Shown: in pieces, positions 12,842-25,169 of the stretch | Numbering within the stretch: the first letter of the stretch is position 1 | Layout of the letters: the number at the start of each line of letters is the position of its first letter | Notes under the pieces: model-generated | The model's input: only the letters and a program-made list of their open reading frames with translations | What the model was told of the DNA's origin: nothing | Database searches by the model: none | Position numbers and translations under genes: made by a program | Assembly (NCBI GenBank): GCA_965644295.1 | Contig: CBFFRP010000193.1 | Coordinates: 1-60,842, forward strand | Direction of reading: 5' to 3' | Source of the DNA: Paraphysomonas bandaiensis | Taxonomy: Eukaryota; Protista; Chrysophyceae | DNA: 60,842 bases

Positions 12842-13776
12842 ATGCTGAATGTTGTCATGGTTTATTATGCTGTTGTAGGCGCAATGACGTTTATACTTAC
12901 CGGTGCAAGAGGGATGCCTAAGCGACACAAGCGCCCGGCTGCCCCTGTACCATCTTGCAGTGAATATGTGTCATGTTGTGTAAGGGTATGCAGTATGGCT
13001 GTATGTGATAAGAATTCTGAACGGTGTGGAATAATAAAATGCTGAAGGCTGTGATGGTTTATTATGCTGTTGTAGGCGCAATGACGTTTATACTTACCGG
13101 TGCAAGAGGGATGCCTAAGCGACACAAGCGCCCGGCTGCCCCTGTTCCATCTTGCAGTGAATATGTGTCATGTTGTGTAAGGGTATGCAGTATGGCTGTA
13201 TGTGATAAGAATTCTGAACGGTGTGGAATAATAAAATGCTGAACGCTGTGATGGTTGATTATACTGTTGTATGCTCTGTAAATAATGATACGATGTATTC
13301 CAATTACTAATGAATCATTAATTATAAGGGTACAGTATAAAAAGTTGATGGAGTGGTTATAAATGAATACATATAGGCATTCTACAGATTACTAACATCA
13401 GACTGTGTCGAATAATAAAATGCTGCACGCTGTAATGGTTGATTATACTGTTGTATGCTCTGTAAATAATGATACGATGTATTCCAATTACTAATGAATC
13501 ATTAATTATAAGGGTACATTATAAAAAGTTGATGGAGTGGTTATAAATGAATACATATAGGCATTCTACAGATTACTAACATCAGACTGTGTCGAATAAT
13601 AAAATGCTGAACGCTGTAATGGTTGATTATACTGTTGTATGCTCTGTAAATAATGATACGATGTATTCCAATTACTAATGAATCATTAATTATAAGGGTA
13701 CATTATAAAAAGTTGATGGAGTGGTTATAAATGAATACATATATTGGCATTCTACAGATTACTAACATCAGACTGA
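12842..13776. repeat. Tandem array A-A-B-B-B (197-bp x2, ~184-bp x3); every unit starts with a shared ~45-bp motif
   Basis: Motif GAATAATAAAATGCTGAACGCTGT(G/A)ATGGTT(T/G)ATTAT(G/A)CTGTTGTA(G/T)GC at 13029, 13226, 13410, 13594 and partially at 12842. Confidence 0.9.
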
Positions 13777-16011
13777 AGTTTCCTTTTCTTTGTCCTTGGA
13801 ATAATGTTACCATCACTGTCCCTTCGTGCACTCATTGCATCATATATACTGTTTATGTATTTCTTAGAGGCTTTTTTTTTGGGGTGAAACTTGTCGTAAT
13901 TTTCCTGACCAAATAAATCAACAATAACACGCAATTCAACCTTTTCAGCTATGCATTTTAAATTACTCTTCCATTCTCTGTACGAAGTAGACTGACTTGC
14001 CATACAGGGTTTCGGCTCATCAAGAAAACGTTTCTCGTCATCGTACAATAGGCCGAGTCCTTTAGTCAATACTCGATTTAGTTTTTTCTGTTTGTTGACG
14101 TTGTCTACCATAGGGTATCTCTTTCCTACAATTTCATGTAATTCATAATCAAAATAGTCAATAATAACTGTTGATAAGCATAATTTTTCGAGAGTTTTAT
14201 ATTGAATGAAGGATATATGGGGCATGCGCTGCATGTTAACTCTCATGTATTGAAAAACATTTGTCGTAGTAGTGGATGGACCTTTGGAAGGTCCTTCAGT
14301 AATCGGAGGCAAGACTGTAGGCGATGTAGGTATCCGTGATACAGTCTCTGAAGTTGGTATAGTGGTATCCGTTGGAATATTTTTCAAGCCTTCTAGAATA
14401 TCAGCCACAGCAGTGTCTAATTTCTTGTGCAGATCAGCTATTGCAATAGTTTGGGTGTCACACTTTCTATGAAGCTGTTGTATTTGGTCTCGAAGAATGC
14501 GATTCTCCTGGTAAATTTCGTCTACATTTCTTGTGTCTACAAAATTAAGGCGAAGCCATTCCTCCTCAATCGCAGCACTCCATTGCATTATGTCATTCCA
14601 AGTGAAATGGTGGCGCATCATGTTGTGCTTGAATTTACAAACCACTGCATGTTGTGCCGTGTATTTAGAAACAAATGATGGTAACCTCATAAGGAATGTA
14701 GCAAACACAGAGAGTTTAAATTGAAATAGACAGCCATCAACCCCAAATTCTGGGTAAGTGAGTGGATAACATGTTTCGATTAACGCCATCACTTGTTCTC
14801 GGTTTCCATTGTTGATAAATACACACTCGGGTGGATATATCTTATTCCTGGGATTAGAGTAGCCACTTAAAATTTTTCCACCCACAGCAATAGTGACATC
14901 TAGTCCCATGATATACTCAAAAATGCTGCACTCTCCGGAGAAGTCCCATCCTCCACGCATAATCGCATGGAAGATGCCGCCTGACTGACTACTGGCTATG
15001 TCAGTTGCAGCCCCGACTCTAAGACCCTTGCCTGTTGTTTCCTTTGTAACTCCAGGTACCTTCCCGATCATTTGTTTTAGTAGCTTAGAAACAAATTGAC
15101 TAGCGCTTGATGTAGTCAATGCTAGATCTGGAAAGACGAAGTCACCGTTGAGATCTGCTGCAGTACAGGACATCCAGTACATTGAATAAGCGAAGAAAAC
15201 ACAAGTCTCTAGACAAGAGTAGTCGGGAAAAAAGTTCATTGTTTTGATAGAAGCCACCTTCAATTCTGTCCAATCAAACGTTAAGTATCCATCGCAGTGC
15301 CACATTGCATTATTATACGAAGCAAACATTGCTTCAGACACCCGACCAACAGCAGCAAACGTGAAAACCAAATAGAGATTGTACAATGAATACTTCTTCA
15401 CTTCTAAATAAAGTTTATTAGCATACAGTAAATCATAGATATGTGAAGTATGTCCACTTACCGGAGAAATCAGATGCCCGATGTATAATGTATTCACCTA
15501 TGCGCTTCATTAGTTCTTTCCCCACTGGACTTGTTTTCTCTGATATACGCACTCCTTGTGCGATACACCGCTTGATAATATGCTTTGATACTGCCGCTCT
15601 CACATCTTTGTACCACAGCTCATTGGAGCTGCTTAATAACTCATTTCTTTTAAATCGCTTCGTCAGCGCAGTCTTCGTGTCTGACAAATACTGCCAAGCA
15701 GTACCTAGGGTCAAAGGCTTCTTCGTTGTTCCATGGACGGCGTGATCGATCAAAAAGCCACCGAAACATTGAAATAGTTCTACATTTATATCACTGTCTA
15801 TGAGTTCCTTATACCTCTTCTTCCCGTCGAACCGCATCTCCAAGTACTTCGCAAACTGAGCTAACGCAGAGGAGTTACGATTTTTGGTTTCCCCATCACC
15901 GACTTTTCTAATGCCCCCTGTGGTAGTTGATTCCGTGGTAGTTGATTCCGTGGTAGTTGATTCCGTGGTAGTTGATTCCGTGGTAGTTGATTCCGTGGTA
16001 GTTGATTCCAT
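13752..16011 (-). CDS. Crypton tyrosine recombinase, two exons (intron 15404-15461)
   Basis: GTAAGT...TTTAG 58-nt intron joins ...HRASDFS-E-VKKYS... in frame. Catalytic pattern GRVSE (R), KGLR (H/K-x-x-R), RGGW and SIFEY (Y). N-terminal core-binding-like region LTLGTAWQYLS, coiled coil, basic C-terminus PRTKKRK. Confidence 0.85.
15919..16008 (-). repeat. 15-bp coding minisatellite (ESTTT)x6 at the recombinase N-terminus
   Basis: GTGGTAGTTGATTCC tandem repeats. Confidence 0.9.
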
Positions 16012-16517
16012 GCTACTATGATATGTTCTCGCTGTTATTATGTTCTGTATGTATGATACCATGCTGTGATGAGAGAGCTCCTCCTTCAACACCCACCTCC
16101 CTGGATCTATTACTCACCAGCAACACCATACATACCACTGGTCACTCATCATCACCACTTATATAGTTCCACACCATTATGGTGCGGGCTTGAGTACGGT
16201 ACCTTCCACATTTTACAGAAAAATATACCCTAGGAAGTTAAAAATCACCAATTTTAGGAGCAAATTTCGAAACACACCAAATTACTGTAGCCAATACAGT
16301 GTACTTTCTCCCCACACCATTCTGGAACAATCTGATTGCACATTATAAAACATATCTTGAAGAGGCACATTGGCTAGATTGGTGAAAAAATTCCTGCAAA
16401 ATTTCTGTTTTCTTGGTCAGAATTGATTCCATCGCTAGAAGTATGACATACAGGCTCACACAACAACGACTTTCATAATATTCATATCACACTACATACC
16501 GACAGCCAACTATAATA

Positions 16518-16883
16518 ATGGGGGACGTTGCCAAAGGAGCAAAGATTTTTAAGACCAAGTGTGCTCAATGTACTAGTATCACGTGGTTAGAGTTTGCTGT
16601 CTAATTTTCACTGTCCACAGGTCACGTTGTTGAAGAGGGAGCTCCCCATAAGCAGGGCCCTAATCTGCACGGTCTTTTCGGAAGAAAAACCGGCCAGGCT
16701 CCTGGATTCTCCTACTCTGCAGCGAACGTCAATAAAGGCATTACCTGGAGCGAGGAGACATTATTTGACTACCTCTTGGCACCCAAGAAATACATTCCTG
16801 GAACCAAGATGGTGTTCGCTGGTATTAAGAAGCCTGAGGAGCGAAAGGACCTTATCGCGTACCTTAAAGAGGCCACGGCTTAA
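16518..16883 (+). CDS. CYC1: Mitochondrial cytochrome c (nuclear gene, one intron 16570-16620)
   Basis: Spliced [43 protein letters not shown]...[14 protein letters not shown]; the intron splits the second Cys codon of CxxCH. Confidence 0.97.
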
Positions 16884-17659
16884 TTGATGTTACGCAGTCT
16901 ATTGTGTATTGCAAACCGTTAGTAATAGAGGATGCGATCTGCATTATTTATCCTCCCTATCAGATATGGTGGTTGTAAATCAATTAAGATGTGTACTGTA
17001 TTGTCCGTTTCTTGCTGTTATATATATTTAAGGCTAGCGTCTTTTCTTCAAGAACTGCGTTTCTTAAAGTGGTGAGCTATTCAACCTGACACTTTAGACA
17101 TCTGGGTGCAGGTTGATTGCAAGTTGTAGTCATCGTCTCCGCTACAGATGCATATCACTTGATGTGTGATGTTAATGAACTTATCACTTGTAGTTTTAGT
17201 AATATTGCTTTGAAATTGGACACTTACAAACTTGTAGTCATCAGTACTATGCTCTATGCTGTACATATCCTCAGTCCTCAGCATCTCAGCATGCGCTCTT
17301 TAAGAAGATGAAGCCAATAGGTGCAGAGAGTTGTACAGGTTATGTAAATTGGTCTCTCTGAAATGAAGTATTAGTTGAGCAGCCTATGGTGGCATCTAGT
17401 GTATAGCTAGTAGAGTACGTAGATTTGTAGTAATAATTTTCAGTCTACATTATTTAATTGTTACGGAACACATTCACGTTGTCCCTTATATTGTCTGACA
17501 CACATATCAAACGCTCTATATAAGATGAAAAAAAGTCATTCTTTTTTTGATTTATTGATATCTTTTGTGTGTATTCTTCATTCGTTGTTGTCTTTTTTTC
17601 TTCTTTTTCTTCATGCCATTTCTTACCATTGTTTTTTATGACTTCGTTATCGTCCTCAT

Positions 17660-18692
17660 CAGGGATAGGGAACAATATATTGCAATACTATTGTTAGGTA
17701 GCGTTCCATCAATAGTATTGATGGATTTTTTAAACCGGCCCTACAATACTATTGCAATATATTGCAATATATTGTACAATATATTGCAATATATTAGTAT
17801 GACTAATCAGTAAGTAAACACATCCGTAGTTTTCATTTTTAGTACTTGCCATATTTTATAAGGTCTAAGGTCACTTGATAATCAAACCCACTACTCTTAA
17901 CTAATTAAAAGTTTCCTCATACTCATCCTCTGAGCCATCATCGGTGACATCATCATCACCATATTCATTCAATATTGATTGAAATATGCTTGCATCCGGC
18001 CACAACTGTCGGTTAGCTTTCAGAAACAACAGCATATTAAGTGTAGTAGGATGCATACGTTTGCGCAACACTGATATAATCAGTTTTGCTGCGCTGAACA
18101 GGCGTTCACACGTATTGGAAGTACATACTACATGACTCGTGCACCTGTACTTAGATATTTCAACTTTTCGCTTCTTAAGTTTTTGAGCTGATTGAAGAAT
18201 TTTTTCCGCATAGCCAACTTCAGCTTCATCATCCTCTGTATTGTTGCAATAATCACTGTCTGAACGGAGATATATTCTAACAGCATCTTTCTCAGATCTT
18301 GTCAAGTCCAATTCTTCAGTTGTCTCTTCTTGTCACTATAGGATATATATACTATATTAAGAGAAGTACTGTACATACATGTGGAGAGGTGTAGAGTGCT
18401 GTTTGAGCTGGCGATACATAAAAAATAGAAAATAACATCAAAAATAGGCTTTTTTTCTTATTTTCCGGATATTTGTATACAGAGGCGTATATTTTGCACC
18501 ATACAGTTGAGGATCTTCTCTTATATGACTATCATAATATTGATTGCAATATATTGCAATAGTATTGTGAGCTCTATTAACAGAAACACTATTGATGGAA
18601 TATTTGACCAGTCCACCAATCAATATATTTTACAATATATTGCAATATATTGTACAATATATTGCAATACAATATATTGTTCCCTATCCCTG
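17660..18692 (-). mobile_element. Non-autonomous hAT transposon, 1,033 bp
   Basis: Perfect 23-bp TIRs CAGGGATAGGGAACAATATATTG; 8-bp TSD GTCCTCAT (17652-17659 and 18693-18700); ATATTGCAAT subterminal repeats; dimerisation-domain ORF 17901-18311 (CTSNTCERLFSAAK). Confidence 0.95.
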
Positions 18693-18889
18693 GTCCTCAT
18701 CATCAGCGCTTGACTCCCCTGACTGCTTGAAAACTTTTTTCAGATTTCCATTCCTGAAGCCTGCTCTTAAAGGATTATGCAATGTTATACAGCACTTCAT
18801 GGTTTTCAGTGCAGTACTATGCTATGATGCACCTATTTTCTCATTGTTGCCCAAACTACTTGTAAAGATACACTGGGTATGATATATAT

Positions 18890-19015
18890 TAGTTTCTTGT
18901 AGCTTTCTGGTGCTTGATGCATACATATTTCTCGTATTGAATTAACGTAACACTGATGACGTTACCGAAGATGACTCAAAGGTTTAGTACAAGGGAAGTT
19001 TTAATTATCTACGCA
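18890..19015 (+). mobile_element. Short, very degenerate hAT 3' fragment
   Basis: GATGACGTTACCGAAGATGACTCA...TTTTAATTA resembles the DDVTDDGSE-stop region of the other hAT copies. Confidence 0.45.
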
Positions 19016-20040
19016 GTCATGATAACCACAGCTGCTACATGCATAGTACTCACTCATGTTAAGCTTAAGCAATCAGCTCTATATTTTTGAGACTAAGACT
19101 GCTTTACGCTGAATACACTGAGATATATTGGTTAATATACGACGGATGTAATAGTACTCGTGACATTAACAAAAGCAATAATTTAAAAGTTACATAATCA
19201 TATATACAATATACTATATTCTCCACTACATACAAATCATCAATTCACTTCATACATGAATCGAGTAATCAATTACACCTAGTTACACCTATTAACAGGA
19301 ACCAGGACTTTCCGTCATGATAGGGCAACGTGTGTTTTACCAACTGAAACTTCCCCTCAGTGCTTTAAATTGTAGAATCATGATTCCACGTCCTCGCAAT
19401 ATCATTTGCAAATATTACCACAAGCTCGGGATCATATCCTGAAACATGTCAAACTGTCAGTCATACTTCTCGTACTTTGGTTTAACACTGTCGTCGATTT
19501 CCACTCCGTATTAAGTCTACTTTCGAGAGTGCATTACACCTCACATGTGGTCCACACGACGTAAGTTGCTTTCCTAAAGATACATTCTTGTAATATACAT
19601 CCAGTCACGTTGCTGTATTTTCGACCATAAATTCAGCCATTTCTGAGAGTGTTTCTGTGAAATAATTTACCGAGTTGTCAGATGGTATGGGCGGTAGCCG
19701 CATGAATCTGAGGTTGAAAACCATAGCAGTGTAAAATATAGTGTACCTACCATCTCCTCGACTGCAGTGCAGCACTGTGTTTTTGTTTGAGACTGTATTC
19801 TACGTGCAATACTGGAATACTGCACTCCACATACATCCATTCGCAACCACAATTGGGAGGAGCTATATGCGAGTAGTCCATCATGCACACGTATACACAC
19901 ACATACATACAACATACACACCCACATACATATACATGCACCTACATCCAAGCATATAACACAACTCTCCCCTATACATTCATGCTCATAGAGTTATAAA
20001 TATAGTGGTTACCTTAGTTAAATATTGCGCAAAGGAAACC

Positions 20041-20796
20041 ATGGTTTCCATTATGAACAGAGCAGCGAAGTCTGCATTTTTTGGATCAACATCTGCGAGA
20101 CGTTTCCACGAGAGAATTATTCACTCTTTTGTGCATAGACAGCGCCCTGCCTCCACAGTATTCGCTAGACATATATCTGAAAGATCCTTTCTTGAAGAAA
20201 CTTTGCGAGAGCAAGGAGTAAAATTGGAACCAGCACCAGAGGAACCACTCGTAGTTGTCGAGGAAGGGATGGTCGATCGTCCCACTCCACGTGTGCAGAA
20301 ACTTGCTGATGAAATTCTTGATTTGAATCTTCTAGAAGTTAATATGCTTTTCAAGTTACTCCAGGTATTGTTGTAGATTTTAAATTTATGCAAGCCTAAT
20401 GTTTTTTCATTGTAGAAAATTTTGGGGATATCAGATGAGATGCTCGTCGGTGGAGGCGGCGGCGGCGATGGCGGAGGATCTGGTACAGGAGGTGCGGACG
20501 CACCTGAAGCCGCGGCAGAAGCTGTCAAGGATACTTTTGATTTAAAGTTGAAAGGATTTGATGCAAAAGCAAAGATTAAAATTATCAAGGAAGTGCGTGG
20601 AATTACTGGCTTAGGGCTGAAAGAGGTAAGGCCAGAGTAAAGTATGTTCTGTGCGTTTATAATATGGGCTGCATCTCAGGCCAAGGAATTGGTTGAGAAA
20701 GCCCCTGTCGTGATTAAAGACACTTTGACTAAGGAAGATGCAGAGAAGTTACAAAAGGTTCTTGTTGATGCTGGAGCTGATATTGAGCTTGTTTGA
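20041..20796 (+). CDS. MRPL12: Mitochondrial ribosomal protein L7/L12, three exons
   Basis: Arg/Ser-rich presequence; [15 protein letters not shown]; [18 protein letters not shown]|AKELVEKAP; introns 20365-20415 and 20626-20679. Confidence 0.93.
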
Positions 20797-21139
20797 TTCA
20801 CCTATGACAACTCACCAACCATGTGACAACGTGCCTCTCGTTCAAGTAATAATAAAATCCTTACATCGCAAAGTTCCGTTCATATACTAATCAAATTGTA
20901 ATATTGCCTAGCATTCCTTGGCTGTTTATATATAATCCTCCCACAAAAGTGTGTAGGAAGCTACTGGCAACATTTTTACTGAGATAGCTACTGAACTGTG
21001 GCAGTACAAGTGAATATAATATTAGTACACATGGTAACCGTAGAGTAGTAATCGGAGTAAGAATTGACAATGAGTTCCAACTACTACAAGTAGAATTTTC
21101 TTAGGCTGGAGTGGTAAACAGGACTGAGAAGTCGATGTC

Positions 21140-21215
21140 GCTTGACTAGTCTTCATCTAACAACTTATCTAGTGTCAATTCTTGACGCCTACTACTAATA
21201 ATAAGACTTTCACAA
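21140..21215 (+). repeat. Degenerate family-R terminal fragment
   Basis: GACTAGTCTTCATCTAAC...GACGCCTACTACTAATAATAAG matches 26031-26090 and 26328-26350. Confidence 0.6.
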
Positions 21216-23487
21216 TATACCTGAGATAATGCCTGGTTAAATTGAAAGAACAGAAACTCTATCGATCATGTAGAGAGAAGAGAGTCTAGCGCATCCAGAA
21301 GCCAATCATCAGTATCTGCCAGAAAAATACATATAAGGAAGTCAAAGAAGTAGTGAGTGAGAAAAAATACCTGCATCAGCACCATCCTTGAAGCGATACA
21401 GGATGTCGTCGATACCCTTGAGGTCTTTGAGAAGTACTTTTGGCGAAAGATATGCCTTCCAATGATGATCAAGGGTGTCAAGGTTTGACGTAATATGAGA
21501 AGTATTAACTTAACAACAGAAGGTAACTTATACTCAATGCTGAGAATTATAAATTATAATCAATATCTCTTATCATTCATCAATATCATGTTGTCTCCAC
21601 TACCACTCATTTCTCGTACGACGATCTTACATCGTCACTATATTCCGTTTTACCGCTATATGCTTATCGTCATTCATTCTCACAATACGATTAACAAGAC
21701 TACAACTGTATAATACAGTAATTTAAATACCTTATAACTACAGCTTTCAATTACTCTCATATAGCAGAACTCAACAAAGAGGAAGAGTCGTCTTCATCTA
21801 GAACGAAATGACAGTTGAGCAAGCTATGTTGGCAGCTAATGTATAGCAACCAGAGTGCATAGTTTAGTATCTGTTATTTGCAACACAATTAATGAGGACA
21901 ACATATAATAATTGGAATTTTAGTTGTCTACAACCTGCGGGAAAAGTAATGCCATTAGAAAAAGCTTTAGCTGATGTAACTGAATTAGAACCAGTAGAAG
22001 ATTGAAAGAAAGTGGACAGGAACCTGTACCTCAAAGGTGATAATCGGTTTAAGTGGATGCGTGAATGGTTGGCCCAAAAACGGCATATGTTATTATGTTA
22101 ATGTAAAAAAAGGGTTGAAATACTGTTAAGAATACCAAAGTATATATATTTCGAAGAAAGTAAACAGGCATTTCCGATGTACAATGAGTAAATAGACCAT
22201 TATAACTTTGCCATAGAGAAAACGGTTTTAGTTACCAGTAGTATATATTTAATAGTAAACGATAAAGTAGGGACTTTAATGTAAACGTGGTGTACCACAG
22301 CTACTTCGTTTTTTGAGAACTTAAACTTAAAATATATTAAAGTAAAGTATTATATATTGGCGATAATAGAAGTACAGTATTTCCTTGTATTTTTGATAAC
22401 AGTATATTGACGCAAACTTTAATGATTATGACTAGAGAAATTTTGATGTAGATTTTGTATAAATTTATCAGTAAAGTTATTTTGTTCAACTGTAGTTCTC
22501 ATTATTTTGTTAGAAGTAAAACTACAGGTGGAGATAACATAGGTAACAAGTAAGTTACGTTATACACACGTGAAAATGTTTCTTGTGTCTACGCCTGTAT
22601 ACGAGACATCGTTTTACCGTAGCATAGTTCCTTTGTTGATTTTTTAGCTTAACCCATCAGTTCCATTGTTGACCTATGGTACTACAGTACCTCTCGCTAC
22701 AACCGTAGTTTGCATTCAACGGATAAATATCACCGATAAGGCAATCCGTATATACAACAATCGCCATTAGTCATATTGAGCTGCTCTGTACTAACTAATG
22801 CCAGTGCCAAATCTTTTTTGTCTTTGACTATCAGCATTTATATTAGCACTTGAGCTGGTGGTTTTACGAGCTTGATTGAGGGTGCTCCAAGTTACAGAAA
22901 AGCCTCAACGATGCAAGATCATCCTTTAAGACCGACACCAGCCTAACAACTCCAATACGATCAATGATTGGATGCAAGACTACAGCTGTACTTAACAGAG
23001 TGGACTACCATAGAACATACCTCTGATAGATCTTCTCACCCACCAGCAGCACTCTGAGAGACCAACCGATTGCACTGTGGTGTCATGTATGCACACACAC
23101 ACACACACTCACACACGTCCTACAGTATACCGCCATATACTGCTGTATCTGCCTGTGGAGCAGTGGGGCGTAGCAGATACATCGTATCGGCGTCCTTTGT
23201 TATTTTTGTTCAAAGATGCCTCTAATATTGAGTGAACAATTATCTGTATTCCAGCCGTAGTTGTACTCCAGTAATATAGCGCAATTTTGCTTCAATATAT
23301 TTCCGAAAAATAAGATGCTGACTGCCAATTCGATATATATATACACACTGTGCATATCAACAGCTGCTTAAACACGTCAAGCCCCATCAAATACACCTTT
23401 GCCTATTCACTCAGTTTATCTCACTCAGTTTCCAATCTACGATAATGTCGGGTTAATTAACAGCAAGTAACATATAGCAGAGGAGTT

Positions 23488-24413
23488 ATGGGAAACCGTC
23501 TGGTGAGTTCCTGTCTGCTGTGTTGGTATACTAACACGAGAGATATAAGGGGAAAGCTGAAAAACTGGATAGTGAAGATGAGTCTGGTCAGGCGCCAAAG
23601 GAAGACAAGTATGATACGAGAAAGATATATTGGGATCGTGATGGCAATCTTAGATATGGTAGATTACACCATTAGGATTGCTGTGAGTCATGTGTCCCTT
23701 CAGGATATTCTGTCAGGAGTAGAGATGAGGAACTAATTCAAGTTCTTGCGGCTGATAGATGCGTTGATGACGATCCGCATAAACTTTGGTGTGTGTTTGT
23801 AGCTATGTTGACAGTTTAAGTTTACACTTTCATGTATCACAGGATGATAATTCCGTCGCGATGGATCAGGAAATGGATTGTATTCGCACACCTGAAGGCT
23901 GGACCAGAACCAGGGAAAATTAATATGAGTTCCTTATTAGTGTCTTCAAGTGATGGCAGTCTTCGGCCAAATAGGAGCCTAAAGCCCCCGAATTGGGATG
24001 AAAACGGCGAGGAATCACCAGGACATTTCAGGTTATATTGTTTTATTCAGCGCACCACATTATCACGTAAGTGATTATTAGGCGCGTGACTCTAGATACG
24101 TGGCTTCAATTGCTAGAGTTGTACGGGTCGGATGGTCCTGCCATTGCTGTGGTATGTTATTTGCCTCTGTATTGTATTCCCAAGATAACCCTTTGTGTAG
24201 AAAGGAATACCTTACAATGATATCTCCAGATGGAGGTTGTTTAAAAACCCCTCCGAGATTGACCCGGTAATTATATCATGCAGAAACGATACTGGTTCGT
24301 GTGATTTTTTTGTTATCTGGTAGAGCATTTTACCTGAGCCTGAAATACCGGACGAAGAGCCCGTTCCAGAAGAAAAATCGAAGTTGAGTGGACTCACATC
24401 TCTCTTCAGTTGA
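23488..24413 (+). CDS. Small multi-exon hypothetical protein
   Basis: ATG (MGNRL) then GTGAGT donor; a series of short acidic exons bounded by GT...AG; terminal exon EHLPEPEIPDEEPVPEEKSKLSGLTSLFS*. Confidence 0.5.
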
Positions 24414-24744
24414 GCAACTTGACCCGGTACGTATTACTACTAACATGTATTGATATTGACAATGGAGAGTGAGTTACATTGCGCCAACTACATGATTAAA
24501 TTTCAGCGTATGTTGAATGTGTGTAATTCAGATATTGACTGGATACTTTACTGTGAGTGCATCATGAACGATATGGTAGGGGTTCTTTGTCTCTGTGTGT
24601 AATGCAAGGTTCTTTCTGTAAAAGACATCTTGTGACCACCATCTCGAGATGTTGGTCACTTCTAATAAATAACCGTTGAGCTCTTACATTTTTAATACCG
24701 TTGATTATTCACTTCGAAAGTGTACTTTCTGTTAATGTCATTGG

Positions 24745-24960
24745 GCAGATATTGTTCTGCCCACTGATAGCCTAATGCTTGTGTGGTACTAGGGGCATAC
24801 AGCTACGATATGCAATATATCCATGACTTGGACGGAAAGTGGTTGCACCTTGGTGCCTGCGGTGACGCACAAGCAGCTCTCGTATCAGAGTCAAGCATTA
24901 CTTAGTTAAACTGTTTTGCTACACTAGTTCTGACTCTTACACGCCTATGGCTAATAATCA
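24745..24960 (+). repeat. Internally deleted family-R copy
   Basis: Joins a match to 25561-25610 with a match to 25914-25965 and the terminal ACGCCTATGGCTAAT. Confidence 0.8.
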
Positions 24961-25169
24961 AATATTCACTACCTCATTTTTTGAAAAAAGTTAAAAGGAG
25001 CTAAAGTTCACAACTAAACAAAATAGCAATATATTCTGTAGTTATGATACCATCATAATATATATTTAATTAAGCAACGGTTATAGTAAAAAAAATGATG
25101 GCAGTGTAATTTACAGAGTCTTCTTCCGATTTGATTCGCAAGACCACCGAGGTTCGTGCTTCTTATGTT

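Larger units (their letters stand above)
12359..16190 (-). mobile_element. Crypton (tyrosine-recombinase DNA transposon), CryptonS-like; probable full extent
   Basis: Contains the YR gene. Bounded by inverted AGCCCGCACC (12359-12368) and GGTGCGGGCT (16181-16190), with TATGG at 16178-16182. Boundaries are inferred. Confidence 0.7.

Noticed and set aside
12842-13776. CRISPR-like repeat-spacer array
   Set aside because: The intervening sequences are 140-150 bp and duplicated (only two types); kept as a tandem/cassette-like array instead.
15433-15497. Programmed frameshift between the two recombinase ORFs
   Set aside because: A canonical 58-nt GT-AG intron explains the overlap.
19300-19703. Possible small multi-exon gene on the minus strand
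   Set aside because: Could not build a consistent spliced frame or recognise a product.
21240-22500. AT-rich stretch with coding-like fragments (viral or TE relic?)
   Set aside because: No identifiable motif; stops in all frames.
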